Origin: Dipteris shenzhenensis
Taxonomy: Eukaryota
Reading direction: 5' to 3' (one strand)
NCBI GenBank assembly: GCA_047967505.1
Contig: CM106538.1
Length of the DNA: 64,000 bases
Positions 1 to 11,877 of this stretch are shown here, in pieces. The translations under genes were made by a program, and so were the position numbers. The notes under the pieces were generated by a model that did not search any database, was not told the origin of the DNA, and worked only from the letters and a program-made list of their open reading frames with translations. Numbering within the stretch: position 1 is the stretch's first letter; each line of letters begins with the position of its first letter.

Positions 1-1496
1 GTGGTTGCAAGCTCTCCAAAGAAATCAACTATTACATGAAGCTCATGCTTACAAAATTCCACCAAGCCCCAAAATTCCCTAGATGGATCTAGTATGCCAC
101 ATGTCTTCATTCTAGGGTCCCTCCTTAATGCATCATTTACCCCTCTCTTGGGATATCATTGAAACCATTTGCCCCTAGGCACATTTAATGCATTTAGGTC
201 CCTTTAGCCTTAGATCCACCTAGTCTAGTGCCATATCACCCTCACCTAGGACCTTGACCTTGATTCCTTTTTTGATCATTTACATGAAGCCCAAAGAAAT
301 ATAATACAAACAGTGATCCTTTAAAGGAAAATGTCGACTGACTCTTCCGAGGTCATGTTACCTCAACTTGAGCGTAACATTCCTTCCCTCTTCAAGCATC
401 AGCGTCCTCGATGATAAAGTTTGGGAACACTCTCCGTAACTGGTATACGGATTCCCAGGTAGCTTCTGATAGAGGAAGACCATGCCATGCAACCAACACC
501 GTGAGTATCTTCCGATTGCGTAATTGCATTGTTCCTTGGTCCAGGATTCTTGTTGGTTTGCGTCTTGCATTATCCTCTATCTCCTTAAACAAAACAACAC
601 CCTCAATTAGTGAGTCACCTGTATGCAAAATTTTCTTTAAACGAGAAACATGAAACACTGGGTGCACCTTACAACCCTGTGGCAATTCTAATTTATAGAC
701 TACCTTGCCTATTCTTTTCTCTCGCTTCAAGACACCGTTTCAATGCTCACGTTCACAACGAAGGCACAAGACCTGGGCTTAACTACTCTCCAAAATTGCT
801 CCGTGATAAACGTAATTAAAAGGAATACCAGTGTGGTCAATCCGATGATGAAGAAGACTGATCTACGTAACTATTGTAACTCACGGACTTTGCACAGCAA
901 TTGAACCCCCCCAGCCTTCAGTACTAACCAAATTATTAACCTGTGACTGTACACAATCCAGATATCATGGACAGACAACACAACGCCATCCACCTCCCCC
1001 CTTTTCCCAATCGCCTGCCTGGCTCTGATACCAAATGACACACGCAAATCTGTTGTGCCGCTGTTCTTTCTCCAATCACGGGCATAGGCACATTGATTGT
1101 CCTCCCAGCCAACCTCGGTGGTTGCAAGCTCTCCTAAAAAATCAACTATTACGTGAACCTCCTGCTTACAAAATTCCACCAAGCCCCAAAATTCCCTAGA
1201 TGGATCTAGTATGCCACATGTCTTCATTCTAGGGTCCCTCCTTAATGCATCATTTACCCCTCTCTTGGGATATCATTGAAACCATTTGCCCCTAGGCACA
1301 TTTAATGCATTTAGGTCCCTTTAGCCTTAGATCCACCTAGTCTAGTGCCATATCATCCTCACCTAGGACCTTGACCTTGATTCCTTTTTTGATCATTTAC
1401 ATGAAGCCCAAAGAAATATAATACAAGCATTGATCCTTTAAAGGAAAATGTCGACTGACCCTTCCAAGGTCATGTTACCTCAACTTGAGCGTAACA
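1..1496 (-). mobile_element. Internally deleted chromovirus (Ty3/gypsy) LTR retrotransposon: 5' LTR 1036-1496, PBS 1022-1033, ~650 bp internal region, PPT ~380-395, 3' LTR <1-379
   Basis: 1-379 is repeated almost exactly at ~1118-1496. The LTR has TG...CA ends (tgacac...gtaaca). gctctgatacca is the reverse complement of the tRNA-iMet PBS TGGTATCAGAGC. The purine tract gaagagggaaggaa on minus abuts the left LTR. Confidence 0.93.
392..730 (-). pseudogene. Integrase C-terminus plus chromodomain fragment
   Basis: RIGKVVYKLELPQGCKVHPVFHVSRLKK (integrase C-terminal module) followed by PTRILD...VLVAWHGLPLSEATWE (plant chromovirus chromodomain). Confidence 0.9.
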
Positions 1497-1629
1497 AGGC
1501 CCTCTTGCAAAGAGCCTCATACGCAAGCTGATGCTCATGCAAAGGGTCTATGCTTTAAGCACAGCAAGCCTAGTCAACTGTTGAAGTTTGCCCTTTAAAC
1601 CGTGTTAAGGATAAAGCAACACTCCACAC

Positions 1630-1740
1630 CACTTGGTTAACCCCATCAAGAGTTGTAATGAAACCAAGATACTCAAAATTAACCATGCACAGCATAGTTT
1701 TCTTCTTATTTAGATAGAGACTAGCTTTTGCAAGGGAGAG
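1630..1740 (-). pseudogene. Short reverse transcriptase C-terminal remnant
   Basis: LAKASLYLNKKKTMLCMVNFEYLGFITTLDGV resembles the gypsy RT L.L...KC.F....V.YLG..I...G motif. Confidence 0.55.
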
Positions 1741-1849
1741 CACCCACCACATGGGTGGAGTTTAAGCAGGTCTTTTCAGCTGCGTGGTTGACCACCACAT
1801 TTGAGGTTGACATCATGACGGCTTGGCAAAAGTTGGATGTATAGAATTG

Positions 1850-2875
1850 CCGTAATTTGGAGAATACAACAAGAAGTTTTGGGAAGCTCTATTACCAGTT
1901 AGTTCCTATCAGCATGTTCCGTTGCCTAACAGGTGGACTGTGGATTGCCAAAGGAAATTTGAGACTTTTGCACAAAGTCCAAGGTTTCTAACTATCGCAG
2001 TTGATCGAGAATGCCAATACAGCTTATGCTCTGCTACAGGGCAGGACCACTAGTTTTAAGGGCAGCAAGAGAGAAGAATTCAAAAAGAGAGAAGAGTTCA
2101 AAAGGAAGGACTTCAAACGGAAGGACAGATTTGGAAGACGACAATCGAGAGCTACTTTGGTTGTAGGCCAACGGCGTGTTCTCATGTCATCACGGCCTAC
2201 CAGGTTCACAGAAGAGGAGAAACAGGTCCTTAGAGAGCAGAACAAATGTTTCTACTGCAGAGAGGAAGGCTATCAAGTGCATGATTGTCCACTAAAGAAA
2301 AAAAGACAGCATCCCTCGAAGGATAGAGATGAACAGAAGGCGAACGAAGAGCAAGAAACAAAAGCCATCTGCTGGCCTTGTACCTGATATGATCACTAAT
2401 AAGAAACAGGAAGACAATGCGAAGCTTTGTAGAGCTTGGGGCAAAGTTCGTGATCAAACCGCTCTATTTTTCTTCGACCAAGGTGCTAAAGCAAATTTTC
2501 TTTGTCCTGAGTTAGCAAGTAAGCTGAGTGCAAATGTATTTGATCGCTCATTCATGTTTTGGAAATTTAAGTTGGGGAGGAGATATGCCGGTATACGCCC
2601 TAAGGAGATGGGTTCACTTGCACAAGCAGACATGGCTGCTATAGGGCTGAGTACATCCATCACTCCGATCATTGGGAAGCTTTGTCTTCATATCTAGAGC
2701 TATGTTAATACTGAAGAATTTTACATCATGCCTCTGAATGGTTGTGACGTACTTTTGGGCATTCTATGGTGTTATCACCTTCGGGCTATTGTAGATACTC
2801 TCAATAAAACAGTCACCCTAACTCACAAGGGAAAGACTCATGCGCTCGATGTAAAACTCAAAGGAGAGTCCCCAT
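1850..2875 (+). pseudogene. Ty3/gypsy gag (zinc knuckle) and aspartic protease remnant
   Basis: NKCFYCREEGYQVHDCPLK is a degenerate CCHC knuckle. ALFFFDQGAKANF is a protease active-site-like motif and GCDVLLG a protease C-terminal motif. Frameshifts and stops are present. Confidence 0.8.
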
Positions 2876-3285
2876 ATTTTGTGGCCAAGGTCTTGAGGTG
2901 GTACGGACAAACAATGTAATATTGATGAATTTCTAGAGACAACAAGACTTCTAGTGGACCCCAATCACACCTACACAAAGCTGATGCATGGATCAGATAC
3001 AATCCCAAACCACCTTTACCTATATGAACCTTACAACCAGAATTTTATAAGATTTGGCACATTCGCCAATCAACTTATACTTTAAGCTCACCAAATTATT
3101 TAAATTCTTTTAAGGGGGTTCCTTAATTTTTAGTCAGGGTCGGTTTGACAGCCAGCAGCAACATCCCACAATGAGGCGTCGTTTGTTTCACAAGAGGGAC
3201 TATTGAATGTAAATAAATCACTTATTTTCTCTCAACTACCAATTACATTATCCTTTCGTACATCAATAGCTTTCACACGACTCAC

Positions 3286-3345
3286 CATGCCTTCCTTGTA
3301 CTCTTTTCCCATACGCCGTCTTCCAGCATAGTACTCCTCGTCCAG
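3286..3345 (-). CDS. PTAC10: pTAC10/PAP3 exon 2 (LDEEYYAGRRRMGKEYKEGM)
   Basis: 60-nt phase-0 exon bounded by ttttgtAG and GTgagt on minus. The peptide matches the conserved pTAC10 DQDYYPGRRKRGKDYKEGM block that follows the exon 1 peptide. Confidence 0.88.
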
Positions 3346-3572
3346 CTACAAAAGCAGAAGCAAGGAAAATATGGGCCCTTCCCATAGAAAAGAGACCGAG
3401 AGATGCAAACAAGAAACGCTCACAGCCTGTAATGAGTAAATGATTGGTTAAATACAAGCATAAATGATAGGTTGAATACAAGCACGTACAAAGGATGAGT
3501 CCTCGGTTAGATGAAGCGAATTGGTAAAGCTCAGGATAGCAAACTTGGCGGTCCTTTAGAACTGGAAATTAC

Positions 3573-4316
3573 CTCTTCCTCTTCTCGGTCCAGCCTTTCT
3601 TTGTTTGCTGCCACCCACTCACCGTATTGCTTCAAGAACATATTCCAGCGGTCGAAGTTTCCCTCCCCTTTGAATGGCTTTGCCTTCTTAAAGTCGTCAA
3701 GAGTAAACCTTCGGTTTTGGAAGGCATGCGCTTGCCTGATAAACGCAAGCTCGTCGGGGTCAACCTTCCATCCTGGCGGGGGCCAATCCCTCGGAGGAGT
3801 CAGCCTAAACACCATTCGTTCTCGCCACGCGGTGCCTGGAATTTGCCCATGCTCAATGGCGTCTTTAGTTTGAGGGCACTCTATCACCCCCAGGTCGTCT
3901 GGGATCAGAGGTTTAGGTTTGGCATGCAGCATTGCGAACATCTCCGGGGGAACCGGTGGCTCCTCTTTGCCTCTGTTGAGATTCAGAGTGTCGAGGGCGA
4001 ACTGGGTTTCGGTTGAGTGGTGCGCTTCCCATGGAGCCCAGAAGCGTTCGACCCAGTGACGGCGTCTGGCGTCCTCTTCACTCTCAAGGACTCGGTCGAA
4101 GGGGGAGAATTCCTCGATGAATTCAAGAGGAGGCGCGGGTTCATAAGGATCAACGTAGCGGGCAAAGGGGGTGAGGCGGGATTTATGGCGATGCAGGGAG
4201 AGGGAAAGGGATGAGGTCTGAGGAGAAGTGAGGAGGGGAAAGGGAAGAGCAGAGGAAGGGGGAGTGAAAGGGGACAGCAAGAGGCGGATATGGCTATGGA
4301 GGTGGTGAAGCTCCAT
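3573..4316 (-). CDS. PTAC10: Plastid transcriptionally active 10 (pTAC10/PAP3, PEP-associated protein) exon 1, with S/P/L-rich chloroplast transit peptide
   Basis: Motifs ESEEDARRRHWVERFWAPWE, PPRDWPPPGWKVDPDELAFIR and FLKQYGEWVAANKERL are recognised from pTAC10. A GT donor at 3572 follows 248 codons. The region is CpG-rich relative to the flanking TEs. Confidence 0.9.
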
Positions 4317-6065
4317 GGCTGCCTCCGTGCAAGATTCAAAGAAGGATTTTAGAAGTGGATATGGCTATGGAGGTGGTGAAGCTCCATGGCTGCTCTGGCC
4401 TTTTAGCCTTGCATGGTTCGAGAAGGATTTTAGAGGTATGGATCTCAACGTTTAAGAAGGGTTTTAGGAATACTTTGGCTCTTGTGGCTATAGCCTCTCT
4501 AAGGTTTAACAAGGGTTTTAGAAATAGTTTTGCACTAACGGTTTTGAGCCACCAAATGGATGACATGTTATGACTTGAGAGAGGAGAACCTTCTCCTCAT
4601 AAAGGAAAATGTAATTGGTAGTGAGGAGAAGTGAGCAAAACCTTCTCCTCATAAAGGAAATTGTAATTGTTGGGAGTTGAGAGTGAGATCAAGAGGTGGA
4701 TATGGCTATCTAAGAGGTGGAAAATGTAATTGGTAGTGAGGAGAAGTGAGCAAAACCTTCTCCTCATAATGGAACTCAAGAGAACCTTCTCCTCATAAAG
4801 GAAATTGTAATTAGGAGTTCAAAGTGAGAGCAAGAGGTGGATATGGCTATGGAAGTGGTGAAGCGCCGGGCCTGTTCTGGCTATGGAGGTTCTTAGCCTT
4901 TGCAAGGTTCAAGAAGGATTTTAGAGAAGGTTTAGTTATAACGATTTAAGCCACCAATGGATGAGATGCTATGACTAAAGAGTGAGGAGAAGTGAGGAGA
5001 AGCTTCTCCTCATAAAGGAAAATGTAGAGACTGAGAACAACATGGGGTATGGTTATGGAGGTGGTGAAGCTCCATGGCTGGAGTGGCTATGGAGGCTTTA
5101 GCCTTTGCAAGGTTTAAGAGGTAGATATGGCTATGGAAGTGGTGAAGCTCCGTGCCTGTTCTCACTATAGAGGCTTTACCTTTGCAAGATTTAAGAAGGG
5201 TTTTAGTGAAGGTTTAGTTATAACGATTTAAGCCACCAAATGGACGAGATGCTATGACTAAAGAGTGAAATCTAAGGAGAAGTGAGGAGAAGCTAACCTC
5301 ATAAAGGAAAATGTAATTGGCAATTGAGAGTGAGAACAAGATGGGGATATGGTTATGGAGGTGGTGAAGCTCCACGGCTCTAGTGGCTGTGGAGGCTTTA
5401 GCCTCTCCAACGTTTAATAAGGGTTTTAGAGAAGGTTTAGGTTTAACGGTTTAAACCATTAAAGAGTGAGGTATGAGGAGATGTAAGGAAAGGAAAATGT
5501 AATTAGCAGTTGAGAGTGAGAGCAAGAGGTGGATCTGGGTATGGATGTGGTGAAGCTCCATGGCAATTGTGGCTATGGACGCTTTTACCACTACAAGGTT
5601 TAAGAAGGGTTTTAGAGTTGTATATGGTTATCGAGGTGGTGCTACTATGGCTATGGAGGAAGCTTTAGGTCTAAGAAGGGTTTTAGATAAATTTTAGCTC
5701 TAACGATTTAAGGAAAGAGAAGTGAGAAGTAGTGGAGAAGTTTTAGCTCTAACAGTTTAAGGCAAGAGAAGTGATTAGTGGTGGAGAAGCTTCTCCTAAT
5801 AAAGGAAAATGTAATTGGCAATCAAAAGTGAGAGCAAGAGGTGTGGCTGTTGTGGCTATGGAGGATTTAGCCTCTTCAAGGTTTAAGAAGGGTTTTAGAG
5901 GTGGATAGAGGTGGATAGGGCTATAGAGGTGGTGAAGTTTCATGGCTGTTGTGGCTATCGAGGAGGCTTTAGCCTCTTCAAGGTCTAAGAAGGGTTTTAG
6001 AGAAGTTTTAGCTCTAATGGTTTAAGCTAGCAAATGGATGAGAGATGTTATGACTCAAGAGTGAG
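4285..6065. repeat. Irregular tandem array derived from the pTAC10 start-codon/5' region
   Basis: gatatggctatggaggtggtgaagctccatggct (minus strand = AGCC ATG GAG CTT CAC CAC CTC CAT AGC CAT ATC) recurs about 8-10 times. It is interleaved with aagggttttaga and cataaaggaaaatgtaattgg modules. Confidence 0.9.
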
Positions 6066-6806
6066 GCATGCATGGAAGTGCATGTGCCAAAGAGGTGTAG
6101 GCACCTCTTTCCATGTGAACCGATGAACTCCAATGAAATGCCCTCCATTCTAGCTAGTGAGAAGGTGCTCCAAACAAGCCCTCTATTACCTGCTCAGACC
6201 TATGCCCCAAGTATAGCTAGAGCTTACTTCAGTCACTACCAAGAAAACACTCGCTAGTATGCACATTAACAACTTGCAAGTGCCCATAGGGTGATCAAGT
6301 TGGATTTGATTCAAGCTACTATTCTTCAATAGCTCCACCTTCATTTATGGCAACAACAAGTACCTTTGGTTATACCTACATCTAGCATCACTCAAAGCCT
6401 CCCCTCACTATAGAATTGCGGGAAGATCAAGAGCATGCAAACAGACCTTGGCAATGTGGTTGCAACTTGCAATTCTAGAGGCTTTAGAAGGCTTGAAAAT
6501 GTGTACAAGGGGACTTCGCATGGATAAGGTGCCAACGCTCCTATCTCAAGCTTTCAATTAGGTGTGCATTTGGAGCTCTCATGGATGAAGTGAGCACCTC
6601 ACAAGGGGTTCCCTAAAGAGAATTTCACCGGGAGAAAGTTGAAATGCAAGTTGAGGTAGATGCAACAAGATGAGAGCAAACACAGATTTCAAATGAACTA
6701 TAGAGATTTAACATAACATAAGCAATAAAAATATAACATGGAACTCCAAACCATGGATCCCATGCCCATTGCAAGACATTATTGGCCTGCCGAAAGTAGG
6801 GACTAA

Positions 6807-7207
6807 GGGGCTTAGCACATGGGAAGAAATAGGATGGGAATGGGAAAAGATGGTCCCAAGTGATCCCATGCATATTTCTATACTATTCCCATCCCACCAT
6901 GTGCTAACAAAAAAAGAATAGGGATGGGTTTAGGATGAAGAGGACATGTGGCATCATTTCATGTGTTTAAGAGGTGGGGACCTTGTGGCGACAAGGACAC
7001 ATGTCATCCTTCCATGTTTTTGAATCCCTAAAAAGGGGGAACCCATTCTGGCCGCCAAGGTCTAGAGGCCATGGTCCCAGGATGGGAGAAAAAGTGGCTA
7101 CTCCCATTCTTAATCCATCCTAGACCACTTGGTGTAGGATGGGAGTAATGATGACAAAAATATTCCCATCCTAAACCCATGCTAGCCCCATCCATGTGCT
7201 AAGGCCC
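6807..7207. mobile_element. Tourist-like (PIF/Harbinger) MITE, 401 bp
   Basis: TIRs ggggcttagcacatgg and ccatgtgctaaggccc (1 mismatch in 16). TAA target-site duplication at 6804-6806 and 7208-7210. Non-coding. Confidence 0.85.
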
Positions 7208-7345
7208 TAAGTGAAGGCGATTCACAACAAAGTGAAAATAGCCATTTTCAATTTTTAAAAAATCTCTAATGATTTTACGATCCACTTGGTATTGTTCCCT
7301 CTCCACATGCTATTTTTCCCTCTAGAAATCCACCACATTTTTAAC

Positions 7346-7355
<10 letters not shown>

Positions 7356-7390
<35 letters not shown>
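7356..7390. repeat. (CT)n microsatellite after a poly-C run
   Basis: Direct inspection. Confidence 0.95.
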
Positions 7391-7393
<3 letters not shown>

Positions 7394-9779
7394 CCTTTCA
7401 ATTCATCATCTCCGCCCTCTTTCGCTATTTGGATCTTTGGCGAGCCTTATGAATGATTTATTATCATTCACCTTGTTATCAAAGGTTGTGATTCCAAATG
7501 GTTTAATAAGTGAGAAGATATGTAATTGTTCTAGCTATGTGTACTTAACTTTCATGCCCATGTGTAAAGAGGTGTCATCTATTAGAACTACAAATGGATT
7601 ATGAGAGCAAAGCTTCTAGATCATACTCTTTGAGCTCCCACTTGATTAGAGGTGGGAGCTACCCGAGGCTAGATTTTAGCACTAGCTCCAAGTGGGCTCC
7701 CATAGGACAAGCACCTCTATGTACTTTTAGCACAAGGACTTTTAAGATAGGTTTTAAAAGAGGAAAGGAGATTTTATTGGGAATGCAAATATGGGTTTGG
7801 TTTTTAAGCACTAGCTCTATGAGTGGTGTAGTTTTAGAAGAAGCTTCCATGAGGATTTTTTTCACAATGGCTTAAGAGATTTTAGGAGCGGTTGTCGTCC
7901 CCAATGGATAAGCATTGAGATAGAAGGGCTCCTAGGAGATAGTTAAGTAAAAGCATAAATTCCTATTGCTTAACTTATAGATGGACTAAAGTTATAATAC
8001 TTTATGACTGGCATTATTTATCTTTTTGGTCGTTCTTATAGCTCAAGTTTTGCCCTCTATTTGAGACAGAACCTTGCCATTGGGGCTTTTGGAGCCTAAG
8101 GTATGATTCTTCAAAGTGTGTGTCTTTTCAACTGTTTGTGAGCCTTTTTGAGTGAGAGAGTAAGAGAGAAAAAGAAAAAATGTTTTTAGTGCTCGAGGTG
8201 GATCTCCATCACCATCCTATGCTTCATTGCTACCAGATGAGAGGATAAGTACTTTATAGTCTGCAAAGTACCTATGAGTACTTCATTCAAGACCTTTACA
8301 ACCCTGAAAAAGCCCCCCTTAGTACTCCTTAGTCGTGACTCCCAAAGCTCATTGAAGACCTTTCATGTACTTTTTTGCGGCTCTTAGTGTTTTTACACAT
8401 CATATGAGCTAGGCACAAATGCCCAGAGACCTGGATGATTGTCGAAAATCTCGATGTGCACCTAGTTCTACAGTTCCAAGTACTAACATGACATTACATA
8501 TGTGTCCTTCAAGACCTTTTTAATAGCTTCTTATACCTTTGCACTCAAACATTATCCTAAGGGCTTTTAAGCCCTTCTTTGCCTTTTCAGCTACCCTTTG
8601 CAGCATTCTAAGTCCTCATTGCATAGACTAGTGATCCACGATCCCCAAGGCCCTCTTAATCAAGGCTTAAATGCTTATACAATGTCCAATGCAGATTGTT
8701 GAGCCTCTAACCTTAGCAAAATGAAATAGGGAGTGAGATGATGACCATGTAAAAAGCAACCAACCTCAAACATCCTCATGAAGCAAAAGATTAACAAGTG
8801 ACATGATGATGGAGTGCCATGTCATCACATCCCAAAATCCTCCATGTGGATGATGATGCCATGTAGGTAGCCACATTGGGGAAGATGCATAAGTAGCCAC
8901 ATGAACATCTCCATATAGGCAACCATGCCAGTATCTATGTCACCAACTGCCATAAGATCAAATTTTGCCACGCAATCATTTTTGCCTAGTCATCTTTTTT
9001 TACATGGAAACTTTTAACCTTATGTTAATTTAATCTATTTGTGATTACCTTAAGGGTTAATTACTATAGCTATAGTTTTTATTGTTGACTATTGTATCAA
9101 GGTCAACATGTGATTAACCTTCAGTTGCCATAACTAATCTAGATAGGCCTGACTATCTAACTAGTGTGATTAGTGTCACCACATTTATAATGACTAGTCT
9201 ATAACTATATGAGGAATAAAGCATACATATAATTGTCCAAATAACCATCTATATGTCACATTTTAAAAAGACTAGCAATGCAAACCTATAAAATTTTCAG
9301 TGCCTCTATTTGATATGGTACATTATAAGTCTGCAAAGTATATTGCATGGACATGGTGTGTACAATGGTATCTATGTGGTGATTCATCAAGCATGAATAA
9401 AATAAATATCTTGAATTAAAGACTTGCTAATTAGCTGTGAGATAAATCATGGAGTAAGGCTCTTGTTAATAGAAGAATGTAAACAACGACAAGTGAGGAA
9501 CTTGATGCATAGTTATGTGGTCATAACAAAACCCATGGGTTCATTCATTTGATGTCTTCAAAGGCAAATATAACATAACCGATGTCTACATGTGTTCATT
9601 CATCCAATCATTAAATGAATCTCTTGCATTAACATATTGATGCCATCATGCTTGTACTATGCGAAGTCTTTGATGTCATACCAAAGACTAGATCGCCCAT
9701 ATATAGGTATGAGTAATCATGCAAGGAGCTTAAATTTCAGCATTTTGTGAAGGTTGTATAACTATTGGCTCATGAGGTA

Positions 9780-11875
9780 GGGGAGGAACATTGGAAGTGC
9801 TTGGTTCCATGTCATCCAGTATGATATTTTACAAAAATCATCCTTAAATTCCACATCTTCAAAGACATTCCTTGGTGCAACTTGAATCACATACCACCAT
9901 TTTGTGTCCAAATTTGATTTAAAAATTAGCTTGACAACAAATTATGTTGTCATGTGCACCGACAATCTAAATTTCTATGACCCAAACTATTAAATAATAA
10001 TAACACAAATTATGTACTTTTTCACAACAGTGAGGTAGCACAAATGTACCTACAAGGGCATCCAAGAGTTTGATTGAGTCAATGGGGGGAAAATAATTTG
10101 AATCTTTTCTTAGAATTACTTGAGCCCATCCACACACAACTGTGAGCCAGAACTAACTTTCATGATATCTTGTATTATTCCAATGTAATCTAGCTCCTTT
10201 CCCAAGTCTTTGGATATCCCTTGCCCACATTGCATTGCATGAAAGATATAAATAGTGAACCAAAAAATAACAAATTTTAGTTTGATGTAATTTCCAGCTT
10301 CTCATCATGGGAATTGTAAAAGCACGAGGTCACTACTTACATGAAGATTGCAATTCTTGAAGATATCTCATTCTATACTACTCACAATCCCCCCCCTCCA
10401 ATAAGCCTCAATAAAGGCATCTTGTAGTCTTGGATTTCTTAGCAATAGAAACAACTATTGTGGATACCTCCCCTCTATTGCTTCTCGTAAAACCTAAGTT
10501 TTCTATCGTCCTCTCATTTTCTTTTTGTCTCTTTAATACATTTCTCCCTTCCCTCGCAATTATAGAAGCAAAATGTGTTCACCTTTAACACTCATATTTT
10601 TTCACCTAACCTTCCCTTATTCTACCTCCTCTTCATTCATATCATGCCATATATGGATTCAATTTTGTGAGAAACTCAATGACATAAAACATTAATTCTT
10701 GCTAGCTATTTTTATGCCATGCTACCTTCTAGCCATGCCTTTGGCCTCATAAACTCTTTTTTATACTTTCATGAAATGATCCAAGAAGAAAATCCATTGA
10801 CTCAAGACAATTATAGCATATGCCAATGAAGCCACGAGATGGATAGTCAAAATTAATTAAATATGTAGAGTGCTCGTTGGAAAATTTTCTCAATCAAACA
10901 TATTGCTTCAATGGTTTTGACTCTTATTGGCTCAATTGATGAATTTGAAATCTTATTTGACAACATCCACCGACAAGGTCCTAAAGACATTTGGAAATTT
11001 AATTATATATATGAAAGAATACAAATTCAATTTCACTCATAAACCATGATTTTGGGCTACATAACTTGCGACGATGAAGAGCAGCTTTTGTTGATGGCAT
11101 TTCTTATCTCCTCTATAAGCAACCTTAGAGCTCTATTTAAACCACATATTGTTGGAGAATAAGTGATTAACAATGGATGCTATTATATGTATCACGTGCA
11201 CTTGATGCTTTTTACATGTATGTATGGCATCAAAAAATGAAATACGCCAAATGAATTATTTTATTGGAACATCTTGTGCCAATTGCATGACTTTAGACCA
11301 CTTAATTTTCCATCAACGATGATAAAAGTACCCCCTAAAGGATACATGCTCATGGAACTTTTTACCTTCTTTGTTAAAAGAACTTAGAGTGCTATTGGAA
11401 CCACATATTGTTGTAGAAGCACTGGATATGGATAATATTGGATTTATGCATGTGCACTTGATTCTTTATAGATGTATGTGTGGAACCATAATGAATTATT
11501 TACTAGGAACATCTTGTGCTTGAAACAGCCCAAAATTATATACTTGGAGTATCTTGCCAATCATATGACTTTAGACTATTTGGTTTTCCATCAATAATTA
11601 TAAAAGCACCCTTTAAAGGATCCATGTATCCTATTGGGTTTTTCATGCTCATAATAATGATTTTAACATACGTATCGTCCATTGGAGTAAAAACTCACTT
11701 TGACACCTTCACCTTCCCATTCACCTTTATTGGCCACATGCTCCTCTTTATTCCGACCACCCTCAAGTCCTCTCATTGGTTCCACTTGTCTTTATCCACT
11801 CCATAAGATTTTAGGAGTATTTTTGAATATGTGCAACTTTACCTTCCCATTCACTTGAATCACCTCCATTGACCA
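9780..11875 (-). pseudogene. CACTA/En-Spm TnpD transposase, C-terminal part (DUF4218/DUF4216-like), decayed
   Basis: Minus-strand remnants DGKPNSLKSYDW (cf. LKSHD), AICLIEKIFP, WIFFLDHFMKV, DYIGIIQDIMKV and KWWYVIQVAPRNVFE. Confidence 0.75.
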
Positions 11876-11877
11876 CA

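Noticed and set aside
3531-3572. C-terminal 13 aa (VISSSKGPPSLLS) of the 261-aa ORF
   Set aside because: Read-through into intron 1. A GT donor lies at 3572 and homology continues in exon 2.
4285-6065. CRISPR-like repeat array
   Set aside because: Eukaryotic context, degenerate repeats, repetitive rather than unique spacers, and no cas genes.
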